Of a stretch of 64,000 nt of DNA, positions 1-13,935 are shown piece by piece. The stretch covers positions 8,866,001 through 8,930,000 of the forward strand of contig OZ024759.1 of the NCBI GenBank assembly GCA_964016885.1, given 5' to 3'. Position 1 is the stretch's first letter. Each line of letters opens with the position of its first letter. The DNA is from Eledone cirrhosa (lineage: Eukaryota). A program made the position numbers and the translations under genes. The notes beneath the pieces are model-generated. The model was given only the letters and a program-made list of their open reading frames with translations. It made no database searches and was not told the origin of the DNA.

Positions 1-345
1 AAGCGTGCTCCGTTGGATGTGCAGTGTCAGTGTGCATGCACAGCCAGATGAGTTGAGAGAGAAACTGTGTCTAAGAGGAATAAGTTGTGGTGTGCAGGAG
101 AGAAGATTGAGATGGTATGGACATGTGATGCGCATGGAGGATGACCGCTGGGTGAAGAAGTGCCAAGAAATCCCAGCAGAAGGACGACACAGTAGAGGTA
201 GACCACGAAAAACATGGCTGGAGGTGATGAGAGCAGACCTCAGATCGCTGAAACTCACGGAGGAGATGACGAGGGACCGTGTCAACTGGAGAGATGCTGT
301 GCTGAATCCCACCCTTGCAAACAGATGTATGATGATGATGATGAT
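1..345 (+). mobile_element. RTE-clade LINE 3' end
   Basis: RRLRWYGHVMRM...RGRPRKTW C-terminal motif and (GAT)n tail. Similar to 37245-37612. Confidence 0.9.
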
Positions 346-360
346 TATGATGATGACAAT

Positions 361-394
<34 letters not shown>

Positions 395-494
395 AATTTT
401 AGTACAGCATTAACGAAGCTTTAGAACACAGCCAAGCTAACGAATGCAAAATCGGTCTGTAGCTTTATCACTTGGATGAGGAAGAACCCCAGAG

Positions 495-2935
495 TAATAC
501 ATATATAATATATTATATATGTATTACATATATAATATATTATATATGTGTAATACATATATAATATATTACATATGTGTAATTCATATATAATATATTA
601 TATATATGTAATACATATATATAATATATTATATATGTATTACACATATATAATATATTATATATGTAATACATATATAATATATTATATATGTGTAATA
701 CATATATAATATATTATATATATGTAATACATATATAATATATTATATATGTGTAATACATATATAATATATTATATATATGTAATACATATATAATATA
801 TTATATATGTGTAATACATATATATTATATATATGTAATACATATATAATATATTATATATGTGTAATACATATATAATATATTATATATATGTAATACA
901 TATATATAATATATTATATATGTAATACATATATAATATATTATATATATGTATTACATATATAATATATTATATATGTAATACATATATAATATATTAT
1001 ATATATGTAATACATATATAATATATTATATATGTATTACACATATATAATATATTATATATGTAATACATATATAATATATTATATATATGTATTACAT
1101 ATATAATATATTATATATGTAATACATATATAATATATTATATATGTAATACATATATAATATATTATATATATGTAATACATATATAATATATTATATA
1201 TATGTGTAATACATATATAATATATTATATATATGTAATACATATATAATATATTATATATGTGTAATACATATATAATATATTATATATGTATTACACA
1301 TATATAATATATTATATATGTAATACATATATAATATATTATATATATGTAATACATATATAATATATTATATATGTGTAATACATATATAATATATTAT
1401 ATATGTAATACATATATAATATATTATATATGTAATACATATATAATATATTATATATATGTAATACATATATAATATATTATATATATATGTGTAATTC
1501 ATATATAATATATTATATATATGTAATACATATATATAATATATTATATATGTATTACACATATATAATATATTATATATGTGTAATACATATATAATAT
1601 ATTATATATATGTAATACATATATAATATATTATATATGTGTAATACATATATAATATATTATATATATGTAATACATATATAATATATTATATATATGT
1701 AATACATATATAATATATTATATATGTAATACATATATAATATATTATATATGTAATACATATATAATATATTATATATGTAATACATATATAATATATT
1801 ATATATATGTAATACATATATAATATATTATATATATGTAATACATATATAATATATTATATATATGTAATACATATATATAATATATTATATATGTATT
1901 ACACATATATAATATATTATATATGTAATACATATATAATATATTATATATGTGTAATACATATATAATATATTATATATATGTAATACATATATAATAT
2001 ATTATATATATGTGTAATTCATATATAATATATTATATATATGTAATACATATATATAATATATTATATATGTATTACACATATATAATATATTATATAT
2101 GTAATACATATATAATATATTATATATGTGTAATACATATATAATATATTATATATATGTAATACATATATAATATATTATATATGTGTAATACATATAT
2201 AATATATTATATATATGTAATACATATATAATATATTATATATATGTAATACATATATAATATATTATATATATGTAATACATATATAATATATTATATA
2301 TGTGTAATACATATATAATATATTATATATATGTAATACATATATAATATATTATATATGTGTAATACATATATAATATATTATATATGTAATACATATA
2401 TAATATATTATATATATGTAATACATATATAATATATTATATATGTATTACACATATATAATATATTATATATGTAATACATATATAATATATTATATAT
2501 GTATTACACATATATAATATATTATATATGTATTACATATATAATATATTATATATATGTAATACATATATATAATATATTATATATGTATTACACATAT
2601 ATAATATATTATATATGTAATACATATATAATATATTATATATGTGTAATACATATATAATATATTATATATATGTAATACATATATATAATATATTATA
2701 TATGTAATACATATATAATATATTATATATGTAATACATATATAATATATTATATATATGTAATACATATATAATATATTATATATATGTAATACATATA
2801 TAATATATTATATATATGTAATACATATATAATATATTATATATATGTAATACATATATATAATATATTATATATGTAATACATATATTACATACATTAT
2901 ATATTATATATATATATTACATATATAATATATTA
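495..2935. repeat. AT-rich minisatellite, unit about 27-31 bp (atgtaatacatatataatatattatat)
   Basis: Direct tandem repetition. Confidence 0.95.
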
Positions 2936-3022
2936 TGTGTATGTGTGTGCATGTGTGTATTATTATAACATATCTAAATGTATAACAAGCTGTTGTTTTA
3001 AATTCTTCTTGACTATTTTCAG

Positions 3023-3177
3023 TTCCATTTAATGTAACTTTTGGGCAGAGTTTCACACCAAAGGAAGATGTCTGTCCACTTCGTAATCTTTGTTTTAATA
3101 TTTCTGGGTCTAACATGATTGGATCAGTAACTAAAGGAGATGTTTTAGACCTCGATAATGAAGCATCCCACGACAAG
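3023..3177 (+). CDS. Cadherin-like gene, exon A (phase 1 start, phase 0 end): PFNVTFGQSFTPKEDVCPLRNLCFNISGSNMIGSVTKGDVLDLDNEASHDK
   Basis: Acceptor ctattttcag, donor AAG|gtagaa and an open frame. FNIS...VLDLD resembles the cadherin F-x-I...LDxE segment. Joins exon B in frame. Confidence 0.72.
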
Positions 3178-3497
3178 GTAGAATCATTTGATCAAATATG
3201 AACCATATTTCTAATGAAAGTCATTGTAATCGCTGTTTATTAAAATAATTTTGAAAGTAATCAACAATTTAGATGGGTTCAATAATATTACATAAGCAAG
3301 AAAAAGAATGGTTAGAACGTCAGATATATAATATGGAAAACAAAGAACCAGGGATGTATCGGAACACAATTTATTACGTTTACAATTGTTTCTCTGGTGA
3401 ACACCTCACACTGTTTGCCAGAAAAACAATTGTAATACGTAATAAATTGTGTTCCGATCTATCACTGATTCTTTGTTTTCCATGTTATTATTATACT

Positions 3498-4075
3498 CTG
3501 TAGGAGGAGGGCGGGGCAATCCTCATCATCTGAGTCCATCGTGAGGATTGCCCTGCCCTCCTCCTTTAGCCGGGAAGGGCAGGCAGTTTTTATCTGTCTG
3601 GTGGCCATGGCGAAAGAGATAGTATGGTGGACACGTTTGAAAGGGCTGAAGACGAGCACTTACCTCTTCGGTGATGCCCTGATTGACTTTTTCAAATTTC
3701 ATTTGAAAAGGAAAATCAGAGTAGAGAGGGAAGTGCTCTCTTCCCAGCATTTTGTTGAAAGATGGGTGAGAGAAGCAAGAATGGCCCGAGTGAATGAGCC
3801 TACTCTGAGTATATATCTGTAAATTAAAGGTGGAAAACTGGGAGAGGGCACTTGCCTTGGTGGTCAGGGTCATTGTGGCTTTTTATTGGGCTTTCTCCAC
3901 AAATGTCCCTCCGAAGTTTCCCCCCCTATTGGGGAATTTTTCATTGTTATTTTTTGTTACACCCTCTGTTTTTTTTGTTTTTTTACACGTAGAAATGCCC
4001 ATTTGTACCGTACTGTATTGTCCTGCACTGTCCTTAATGTCTACTTTATGTAAACCCTTGTGGTTAATAAAGAAA
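3498..4075 (+). mobile_element. Probable L1/Tx1-clade LINE 3' fragment
   Basis: ORF 3541-3822 (LVAMAKEIVWWTR...FVERW) resembles the L1/Tx1 ORF2 C-terminus. It is followed by a T-rich UTR and AATAAA at about 4066. Confidence 0.6.
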
Positions 4076-4165
4076 TCATTATTATACTCTGTTCTGAAAG
4101 AGCATAGAGTGCTCAACTGGCTTACCGCCTATGGACGCATCCAAGCAACCTTACTACAAATAACT

Positions 4166-4541
4166 TGGCTTAGTGGTTAGAGCATTGGGCTTGCAATCAA
4201 AAGGTTGTGAGTTCAATACTTGGACCGGGTGATGTGTTGTTGAGCAAGACACTTTATTTCACATTGCTCCAGTTTACTCAGCTGTAGAAATGAGATGATA
4301 GGACTGGGGTCCCTATCATTCCACTGCAAAGTGGTCGTGGAGGTGCCACGGCAAAAAAGCACCCAGCACTCACTGTAAATGAGGTTGGTGTTAGGAAGGG
4401 CATCCAGCTGTAGAAATCAAGCCAGAATCAGTTCCCATATGAGCAAGACAAGGTCAGCCGACTGGACACTGCCCACAACAGGTCAACCCGTCTAACCCAT
4501 GCTAGCGTGGAAGAATGGGCGTAAAACGGTGATGATGATGA
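4166..4541 (+). mobile_element. tRNA-derived CORE-type SINE with RTE-related body and (GAT)n tail
   Basis: A-box tggcttagtggt, B-box gagttcaat, CORE-like ttgagcaagacactttatttcacattgctccagtttactcagctgtagaaatg. The 3' part matches 26970-27185. Confidence 0.85.
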
Positions 4542-4834
4542 TATATCTGGTGTGGCCATTCCCTGCTAATTGATTTGACAGTTGCTACCAAAATTCCTTT
4601 GGCCAAAACTAGCAACTATAAAATACTTTTGTTTACTTTAAAAATATGTGGGTGTCAGTATGTATGTATTTCTATAGGTATTTAAGTGTGAATGTAAACC
4701 TGCTTTTTATCTGTGTTATTGTATTAATTGTATATTTCTAAAAATAGTTTTTTCAAAGAATATCAGTTCCTTAATATCCTTCAACCAATGACCTCTACCC
4801 AACCTTAAAACCACCACCTTCTCCACCTACCATT

Positions 4835-5152
4835 CATCATCATCATCATTTCATCATTTCATTTTACGTCCGCTTTTCCCTGCTAGCAAGGGTGGGACGG
4901 GAACTGATTCTGGCTTGATTTCTACAGCTGGATGCCCTTCCTAACACCAACCTCATTTACAGTGAGTGCTGGGTGCTTTTTTGCCGTGGCACCGCCACGA
5001 CCACTTTGCAGTGGAATGATAGGGACCCCAGTCCCTATCATCTCATTTCTACAGCTGAGTAAACTGGAGCAATGTGAAATAAAGTGTCTTGCTCAAGGAA
5101 ACAACATTTCGATTGCAAGGCCAATGCTCTAACCACTAAGCCATGTGCCTTC
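4835..5152 (-). mobile_element. CORE-type SINE, short-tail variant with internal head deletion
   Basis: Reverse-complement match to 4166-4541 and direct match to 37734-38084. Confidence 0.85.
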
Positions 5153-5388
5153 CATACAAATACCACTGCTTTGCAATAAAGCTGGCTTTCCTGACGATTT
5201 TCTTTGAATTAAACAGTTCTAGTCCTGTAGCTATTTCTATATTAATTTTTGTTGTATACCCTCTACTAATGTATTGAGTACCTTACTTACAGCGGTTAAC
5301 CTATATTGAACCTGGGACTCGTATATATAATATTAATAAATGGAAACTATCTTTATAAAACCATATTTATTTTATTATATATATTTCA

Positions 5389-5571
5389 AGGGCGGTGGAT
5401 TGGCAGTATCGGTAGAGGGACGCCATGCTTTCCAGCATAGTTACGTCCCTTTGCAGTCTGAGTTCAAATTCCGCCGAGGTTAACTTTGCCTTTCATCCTT
5501 ACGGGGTCGATAAAATAAAGTACCAGTAATGTACTGGGTAATTGCTGGCCTTGTGCCTAAAGTAGAAACAA
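5389..5571 (+). mobile_element. Meta/MESC-type tRNA SINE with target-site duplication
   Basis: Core gcctttcatccttacggggtcgataaaataaagtaccag. Flanked on both sides by attatatatatttcaaggg. Confidence 0.85.
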
Positions 5572-5731
5572 TTATATATATTTCAAGGGTACCAGTATTT
5601 TGGTACGCTCTCATCAGATAAAATACAAAAATTGATTTACAGATAGTGACACATCTACATATGAACTTAATGTTATGAGTTCTATGTAAATAGTCATTAT
5701 AAATATTATTGATTATATTATTATATTATTA

Positions 5732-5909
5732 TGGTGGATTGGCAGTATCGGTAGATACCATGCTTTGATGCATAGAGTTACGGCCCTTGCACTCTGAGTT
5801 CAAATCCCGCCGAGGTTAACTTTGCCTTTCATCCTTACGGGGGTCGATAAAATAAAGTATCAGTAATACACTGGGTAATTGCTGGCCTTGTGCCAAAAGT
5901 AGAAACAAT
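5732..5909 (+). mobile_element. Meta/MESC-type SINE
   Basis: Same family as 5389-5571. Confidence 0.85.
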
Positions 5910-6011
5910 TTTTATATTATTGATATTACACTCCAGAAGAAACCAGTTGAGTGCTTCTAATCTGTTATAAATTAAATTTGCTGAATAATCAACAAATTAA
6001 ATAACTCATTG

Positions 6012-6050
<39 letters not shown>

Positions 6051-6082
6051 CAGTTATGTAGCTTGTTTCAAGCATTGTTGAA

Positions 6083-8490
6083 TCATCATCATCATCGTTT
6101 AACGTCTATCTTGCACGCTAGCATGAGTTTAGACGGGAATTGTCCCACTTGAGGCAAGATTGGCAGGTTTTCTACGGCTGGATGCCCTTCCTAACACCAA
6201 CCACGTTTACAGTGTGGACTGGGTGGTTTTTACCGTGTTACCTACACGACCACATTACAGCGTGGACTGTGTGTGTTTTTTTGTTGTGACACCTACACAA
6301 CCTCATTTATTTAGGACTGGATGTTGTGGTACCAACATAACTTTACATCGAAAGGGGTGGTGGAGATGGGGGTGGGAGGACAGGGTAGTGGGATGGGGGT
6401 GTATATTTGGTTAAGAGGTGCCTACTGACTGTATTACTGCGTAGCGCCAAAGATCTCGGTCCAGTGACATTGTCTTAGAGAGGTGTAAGTGTGTAAGGTT
6501 GGAATTTATCAAATTGTCCCAGGTTTTTCTGGGTCTGCCTACTCCGTAACTTCCATCAATTTTGATCTCCCTGCACTTTTTTATACAGCTGTCGTCTTTC
6601 ATGTGCATCATGTGGCCATACCAACGTAGTCTTCTCTCGAGTAAACAGCATCTGATCCCTCTTATTCCTAATTTCTCACTTAGTTCATGTATGCTTCGTT
6701 CCTCTCCAGTCTGCGCAGATCCTCTGCACACAATGCCCATGTCTCACTGCCACATAACATTGCTTTTCGTATGCAGGCATCATACAACCTGCCTTTCAGT
6801 TTTAGAGAAAAACCCCTTGTGGCCAACAGCAGTATTAGCTCTCTGAACTTTTTCCATCCCGTTCTTATTCTAGCTACTGTACTTTCAGAATACCCTCTAC
6901 CTCTGCCGATTTTGTCATCCAGGTAACGGAAGCTGTCCACTATTTCAATAGAACCATCTGTGCAATGGAATGAGCTAGTATTTTGTGGGCACTTGCTGCT
7001 ACTTATTGCACCAGAGTACCAGCCACATATAAAATCTATATTCTTAGTTAGCTTACCTGTGATCCCACTACATCTTTTATGTACCCATACTTTGCATTTG
7101 GGACATAAAATGGAATTTCTATCTACTCCTTTCCTACACACTGAGCATGGCCATTTCCCAGAGGGAACCTGTGCCCTATTTTCCTTCCTATATACTAGAA
7201 CTTTAGTCTTAGACAAGTTAACTTTAAGGCCTTTTGATTCTAGGCCATGCTTCCATGTTTGGAATTTCTTCTCTAATTCATCCATCGATTCAGCTATGAG
7301 CGTTAGATCATCTGCATATAGAAGTTCCCATGGGCAGTCAGTCTTGAACTCTTCTGTTATAGCCTGAAGGGCAATGATAAATAGGAGGGGGCTAAGGACG
7401 GAGCCCTGATGAACACCAACCTTTACGCTAAACTCTTCACTATATTTGTTGTTAATTCTAACCTTGCTGACTGTTTCTTTATACATAGTTTGTATAGCTC
7501 TCACAAGCCATTCATCAACCCCTAGTTTTCTAAGGGTCCACCAGATAATGGCACGGGGGACTCTGTCAAAGGCTTTCTCCAAATCAACAAAAGCTAAGTA
7601 TAGGGGTTTACTTTTAGCTAGGTACTTCTGTAGTTGTCATACAAGGAAAAGGGCATCTGTGGTACTTTTACCTGACACAAAACCAAACTGCATTTCATTT
7701 AAATCAATTCGTTCTCTGATTAGTTGCGCTATTACTTTTTCTGTGACCTTTATGACCTGGTCAATTAATTTAATGCCTCTATAGTTTCCTCTATCTAGGG
7801 CATCTCCTTTACCCGTGTAGCAGTTAATGATGATGCTGCTACGCCAGTCTTTTGGTATGACCCCATTCTGTATGATTTGGTTTACTATCCAGGTGACCAT
7901 AGTGTGTCCCACCGTTCCAGATACTTTCAGCATTTCAGCAACTATCTCCGAAGGTCCAGCTGCCTTGCCTGTCTTCATATCTTTGATTGCCTTACTTATT
8001 ATACTACCTTTAAGTTGCACTGCTGGTCCCTCTATTGGATCGATTCGGGGCAGACTATCTTTCTCCCATTTATTCTCCTCATTTAGTAGCCTCTCGTAGT
8101 GACACTTCCAAGCTACCTTCTTATCAGCGTCAGTGATGGCAAGTACACCATCATCATTACGGACACACTTCTCCCCGACAATATCACGGTTTATCTTGAC
8201 ACATTGCCTAGCAATCCTGAACACTTCACACTTTTGGTCCTCACATTGTAGAACATGCTTGAACTTTCTTTCCTCTGCTTCCCGTCTTGCAAAGTACACT
8301 TGTCTCCTAGCTTCCCTCCTGGCCACTTCATAGTGTTCTCTACTTCCCCCATCCCGCCATACTTTCCAAGCCTGCTTTTTGGCCTTAATTGACTCCTCCA
8401 CCTTACTGTTGCACCACCATGTTACTCTCCTCCTGCCAATAGGTCTGCTCCAGCCATAGATTTCATCTGTCACCTTCAGCAGGTTAACTG
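6083..8490 (-). mobile_element. Decayed 5'-truncated RTE-clade LINE (RT, PHD-like finger, 3' UTR)
   Basis: ORFs 7637-8473, 6680-7582 and 6411-6740 carry YRGIKL, KAFDRV, GVHQGSVLSPLLF, YADD and RRLRWYGH. Frameshifted, with a (GAT)n tail near 6085. Confidence 0.95.
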
Positions 8491-8637
8491 TCGGTCATTT
8501 GGGAGGTAGTGAGCATTAGCGACTCATAGAATCTTTACTTAAACTTTAATCTGTAATTTCAATAAATATTTCCTCTAGGGTTCTTATCCTTATCGAGCCC
8601 TCTTTGGATTTTAGTCTTTACATTTATTATTACTACT

Positions 8638-8832
8638 AGGGCGGTAGATTGGCAGTATCGGTAGAGGGTCAGACGCCATGCTTTCCAGCATAGTTACGTC
8701 CCTTTACGATCTGAGTTCAAATCCTGCCGAGGTTGACTTTGCCTTTCATCCTTACGGGGTCGATAAAATAAAGTACCAGTAATGCACTGGGTAATTGCTG
8801 GCCTTGTGCCTAAAGTAGAAACAATTATTATT
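8638..8832 (+). mobile_element. Meta/MESC-type SINE
   Basis: Same family as 5389-5571. Confidence 0.85.
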
Positions 8833-8854
8833 ACTATATATATATATATATATA

Positions 8855-9045
8855 TCATCATTAACACAGTTTAACGTCCATTATCTCACTCTCGCATGAG
8901 TTAAACTATAGTTGTCCCATTGCTCATACAAAACTGATTTCGGCTTGGTTTCTACAGCTGGATGCCCTTCCTAATGCCAACCATATTTACAGTGTGTACT
9001 GGGTGCTTTTTACTGTGACACCTACACAGCCACCTTATAGTTGGA
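8855..9045 (-). mobile_element. Diverged RTE/SINE 3' tail fragment
   Basis: tctacagctggatgcccttcctaa...gggtgcttttt motif shared with the SINE body. Confidence 0.7.
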
Positions 9046-9127
9046 CTGGGGGCTGGGATTAGGGAGATCCATGTATGTATGGTGGGGATTGGAGAAGTAG
9101 GTTTGGGTGGGGCACTTAGCTCGTTAA

Positions 9128-9742
9128 GGGTGGAGTGTTGGGGTGTGGGTGAAGGATTGAGTGTTGGGGTGTAGGTGTAGGTGAAGTGTTGGGTGGAGTG
9201 TTGGGGTGTGGGTGAAGGGTGGAGTGTTGGGGTGTGGGTGAAAGGTGGAGTGTTGGGGTGTGGGTGAAGGGTGGAGTGTTGGGGTGTGAGTGAAGGGTGG
9301 AGTGTTGGGGTGTGGGTGAAGGGTGGAGTGTTGGGGTGTGGGTGAAGTGTGGAGTGGTGGGGTGTGAGTGAAGGGTGGAGTGTTGGAGTGTGGGTGAAGG
9401 GTGGAGTTTTGGGGTGTGGGTGAAGGGTGGACTGTTAGGGTGGGGGTGGGGGTGAAGGGTGGAGTGTTAGGGTGTAGTGTTGGGGTGTGGGTGAAGGGTG
9501 GAATGTTAGGGTGTGGGTGTGGGTGAAGGGTGGAGTGCTGGGGTGTGGGTGACGTGTTAGGGGTGGGTGAAGGGTGGAGTGTTGGGGTGTGGGTGAAGTG
9601 TTAGGGGTGGGTGAAGAGTGGAGTGTTGGGGTGTGGGTGAAGGGTGGAGTGTTGGGGTGCGGGTGGAGTGTTGGGGTGTGGGTGAAGGGTGTAGTGTTGG
9701 GGTGTGGGTGAAGGGTGGAGTGTTGGGGTGTGGGTGAAGTGG
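9128..9742. repeat. G-rich minisatellite, 26-bp unit (gggtggagtgttggggtgtgggtgaa)
   Basis: Tandem repetition. Confidence 0.95.
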
Positions 9743-9852
9743 GTGGTGTATAGTGATTGGATTTGGTATGTTTTTGTATATTTTGGTACTTATTAAAGAA
9801 AATTTTGGAAGCTCTATACCACTATACCATCCAATTTTACTTTCTATTTCAG

Positions 9853-9909
9853 ACGGTGAACGTAATGTGCAATGATACAAATGGCTTAATAAAAACATGC
9901 TGCATAATG
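9853..9909 (+). CDS. Cadherin-like gene, exon B (57 nt): TVNVMCNDTNGLIKTCCIM
   Basis: Acceptor tttctatttcag, donor ATG|gtttgt, phase 0/0. Supplies the V-x-V-x-C-x-D strand expected between exons A and C. Confidence 0.7.
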
Positions 9910-9974
9910 GTTTGTTTCATTTATTAAATACACAGATACAAACAAAATCACAAACATACATATATATACATATA

Positions 9975-10700
9975 TGAGGATTGCAGCTTCTTCACAGACA
10001 ATTGTCGTCTCTTATTGATTCTTCATTGTCATTCCATCCATGACTTTGTAGATGACTTTCTAGGCCAGCTGTAGATCTGCATGGTTTATGACACAGGAGA
10101 CAGAAGAAAGTTGTTCTTTCCACAGGACCGGTGGTGTCACCTTGTGGAAGACAATCTTTATGTACCACCATGTGTCTTTTTAGTCCGGCACTAGTTCTAC
10201 ACACTTTGTTGCATATCACATACATTGTTTCGCTAGGTCTTTGTTGAGTGGTGTTGTGGGTGGTTATCCTTTCATGTGACTTCAGGTGATTAACATAACC
10301 AGCTTTTGAGAGGAGTTCACGCTGACAGAAATTGCATGTCCAACTACTGATGACTCCATCAAGACTGTGAGCACAGCCCTTCCTGAGCTGATGCTTCAGT
10401 TGTTTATGTTCTAGACGATAATCCTCGAAAGTTTTGCAACTGACCTTGTTGTGCTTTCTCCACTCAGCCCCCATTTAGAGCTATCTCCTCCCAGTTGTCT
10501 ATATCAAATGCCAGCTCTTTGAGATTGTTCTTGTTGCTGTCCCTGAACCTCATTTTCCGTTTTTGTTGAGGCTTTTTTTCAAGATGGAGCTCACGGGATC
10601 CTGCTTTTTTTTATGCAGACGATATGTCCTGTCCAGTGCATTTGAGAAGATCTTACTTCAGACGCAATGTTTGAACATTCTGCTTTGATAAGGACATGGA
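9975..10700 (-). mobile_element. RTE/BovB-like LINE 3' fragment with C-terminal C2H2 zinc fingers
   Basis: The minus strand encodes WTGHIV and RFRDSNKNNLKELAFDIDNWEE. ORF 9992-10474 has three C2H2-like motifs. Confidence 0.75.
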
Positions 10701-12074
10701 TAAATATCCCTGACAAATTCTTACAGTTCTCCAATCATTATATATTAGATGAAGCTTTGTGTGTTGGTAAAGTGGTCATTTTGGTGCCACGATAAAAAGC
10801 ACCCAATCCACTCTGTAAATGTGGTTGGCATTAGGAAGGGCATCCAGCCATAGAAACCAAGCCAGAAACAGCTCTGTGTGAGCAAGATATGGCCACATGA
10901 TCTGACTTGTCTCACATCAGGACAACTCATCTTACCCATGTTAGTGTTATGATGATGAATGTGGAGAGAGCTATGCAAGTGAGACAAGTTGGGAATATAC
11001 TCAGCTTCTAGATGTCAGTAGAATTGTAAAGATAAATGTAGAGAGAGAGAGAGAGCTATGTAAATCAGATGATAAGTTAGAGATGCACTCAGCTTCTATG
11101 AGGTCATGTACAAAGAGAAGAAAGCAAAATCATTTGTGCAGAGGTTAATGTTAATCAATAAGCTCATAAAACTGTATTAAATGCATTTCTTTCTTTCTTT
11201 TCATTATATCAATTTTCAGATGCTTTGTTTTTTCTTAAGATATTTTGGAAAATTAAAAGTTAGTTTTTCTTTTCATGAGTAGCGATTAGTTGAGGTGTTA
11301 GGGTGTCGGAAAAATGCTTTGTGGTATTTGTTTCAACACTTTGTGCTCTGAGTTTAAATCCGACCAAGGTCAACTTTGCCTTTCATCCTTTTGGGTTTAA
11401 CAAATATACTCAGGGACGGTTGATTGGCAGAATTGTTAAAGCATTTGATGAGAAGCTTTGCAGTATTTATTCAGGCAGTAGGCCGTCTGATTTCAAATCT
11501 GCATCCTCAAACACTTCCATACTTCCCCAAATTTGCCAACACTACACCTCATATTCCCCCTCTATACACACACACACACACACACATGTTCACTTTCCTG
11601 ACATTTGTACATTATTCTATGTACTATACATGCACCTTTGATGAGCTGTAGTGCACCTGAGCACTGTACACAGTAATTTTCATTATTATTATTATTATAG
11701 AGGCACATGCACGCACATACACACATTTGCAAATATATAATAATAATAATTGTTTCTACTTTAGGCACAAGACCAGCAATTACCCAAAGTACCAGTAATG
11801 CGCTGGTTAATTGCTGGCCTTGTGCCTAAATTAGAAACAATTATTATTATTATATATTTGCAAATGTGTGTATGTGTGTGCATGTGCCTCTATATGTATG
11901 TGTGCATATGCATGTGTGTATGTATGTGTGTGGGCATATTTATGTGTGTGTATATGTATATATATATATATATGTGTGTGTGTGTCAATGTTAACTTAGC
12001 AATTTGATAAAGAAGAGATTGATAAAGCCAAGACTTTTAAAATATGACTAAAAATCATTTGAAGGTTCTGCTAC

Positions 12075-13456
12075 AGCATGGCCACATTGCGGTGCCCCAG
12101 CATGGCCACATTGCTGTGCCCCGGCATGGCCACATTGCTGTGCCCTGGCATGGCCCCGTCGTTGGGCCCCAACATGGCCACATTGCTGTGCCCCGGCATG
12201 GCCCCGTCGTTGGGCCCCAACATGGCCACATTGCGGTGCCCCAGCATGGCCACATTGCTGTGCCCCGGCATGACCACGTCGTTGGGCCCCAGCATGGCCA
12301 CATTGCGGTGCCCCAGCATGGCCACATTGCTGTGCCCCAGCATGGCCACATTGCTGTGGCCCGGCATGACCACATTGCTGTGCCCCAGCATGGCCACATT
12401 GCTGTGCCCCAGCATGGCCACATTGCTGTGCCCCAGCATGGCCACATTGCTGTGCCCCAGCATTGCCACATTGCTGTGCCCCAGCATTGCCACATTGCTG
12501 TGCCCCAGCATTGCCACATTGCTGTGCCCCAGCATGGCCACATTGCTGTGCCCCAGCATGGCCACATTGCTGTGCCCCAGCATGGCCACGTCGTTGGGCC
12601 CCAACATGGCCACATTGCGGTGCCCCAGCATGGCCACATTGCTGTGCCCCGGCATGGCCACATTGCTGTGCCCCGGCATGGCCACATTGCTGTGCCCCGG
12701 CATGGCCACATTGCTGTGCCCCGGCATTGCCACATTGCTGTGCCCCAGCATGGCCACATTGCTGTGCCCCGGCATGGCCACATTGCTGTGCCCCGGCATG
12801 GCCACATTGCTGTGCCCCGGCATTGCCACATTGCTGTGCCCCGGCATGGCCACATTGCTGTGCCCCGGCATGGCCACATTGCTGTGCCCCGGCATTGCCA
12901 CATTGCTGTGCCCCGGCATGGCCACATTGCTGTGCCCCGGCATGGCCACATTGCTGTGCCCCGGCATGGCCACATTGCTGTGCCCCGGCATGGCCACATT
13001 GCTGTGCCCCAGCATTGCCACATTGCTGTGCCCCGGCATTGCCACATTGCTGTGCCCCGGCATGGCCACATTGCTGTGCCCCGGCATGGCCACATTGCTG
13101 TGCCCCGGCATGGCCACATTGCTGTGCCCCAGCATTGCCACATTGCTGTGCCCCGGCATTGCCACATTGCTGTGCCCCAGCATGGCCACATTGCTGTGGC
13201 CCGGCATGGCCACATTGCTGTGCCCCAGCATGGCCACATTGCTGTGCCCCAGCATGGCCACATTGCTGTGGCCCGGCATGGCCACATTGCTGTGGCCCGG
13301 CATGGCCACATTGCTGTGCCCCGGCATGGCCACATTGCTGTGCCCCGGCATGGCCACATTGCTGTGCCCCGGCATGGCCACATTGCTGTGCCCCAACATG
13401 GCCACATTGCTGTGCCCCAGCATGGCCACATTGCTGTGCCCCAGCATGGCCACATT
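12075..13456. repeat. GC-rich 24-bp minisatellite (cagcatggccacattgctgtgccc), about 57 copies
   Basis: Tandem repetition with an 8-aa period in all ORF frames. Confidence 0.97.
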
Positions 13457-13539
13457 CTTGTGACTGAAACCAGTGAAGATCCTGTATAAAATAGTGTAAA
13501 TCTGTGATAAATCTCATCATTTTCTTTTCTCTGTTACAG

Positions 13540-13611
13540 CTTATTTTTCAATATTCCAACACATATCCACCAACTTTCCAACCAGCTTCAAATACCATTC
13601 AAGTTAATGAG
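13540..13611 (+). CDS. Cadherin-like gene, exon C (72 nt): LIFQYSNTYPPTFQPASNTIQVNE
   Basis: Acceptor ttttctctgttacag, donor GAG|gtgagt. N-x-x-P-P-x-F...I-x-V-x-E is the cadherin inter-repeat linker pattern. Confidence 0.85.
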
Positions 13612-13649
13612 GTGAGTTGTTATTAGTGTTATAGCTAGAGCTTGTGACA

Positions 13650-13935
13650 GATATTCCTCAGTTGATGCTCAAAATATTCCTTGGCACACCCATCCCACGC
13701 TTAATCAGATATACAGAAAGATCACAAAAATAAGTGCCCATCTGCTTCAACATCATAGAAGGTTTGCTGGTCATTGCTTCTGTGCAAAAGATGAGATGGT
13801 TTCAGACCCCTTGAGGTAGATCTCTACCATAAAGCTCAGATACCAGGATACTATAGCAAAAGACACTAAAATTGACAAGGATGACCTACAAACCTTGATG
13901 GGAAATAGGAACTGCTGGCATGAAGTTGTGCTTGC
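13650..13935 (+). mobile_element. Highly decayed LINE 3' fragment
   Basis: RFAGHCF...DEMVSD remnant similar to the C-terminus encoded at 43558-43932. Confidence 0.5.

Noticed and set aside
5189-5225. CTGACGA hammerhead-like start, and a similar remnant at 21625-21668 (-)
   Set aside because: The GAAA or CUGA core and the stems are too degenerate to call.
12044-13520. His- or Cys-rich repeat proteins of 330-490 aa
   Set aside because: All six frames are open because of the 24-bp unit. The array lies in an intron and has no non-repetitive coding context.
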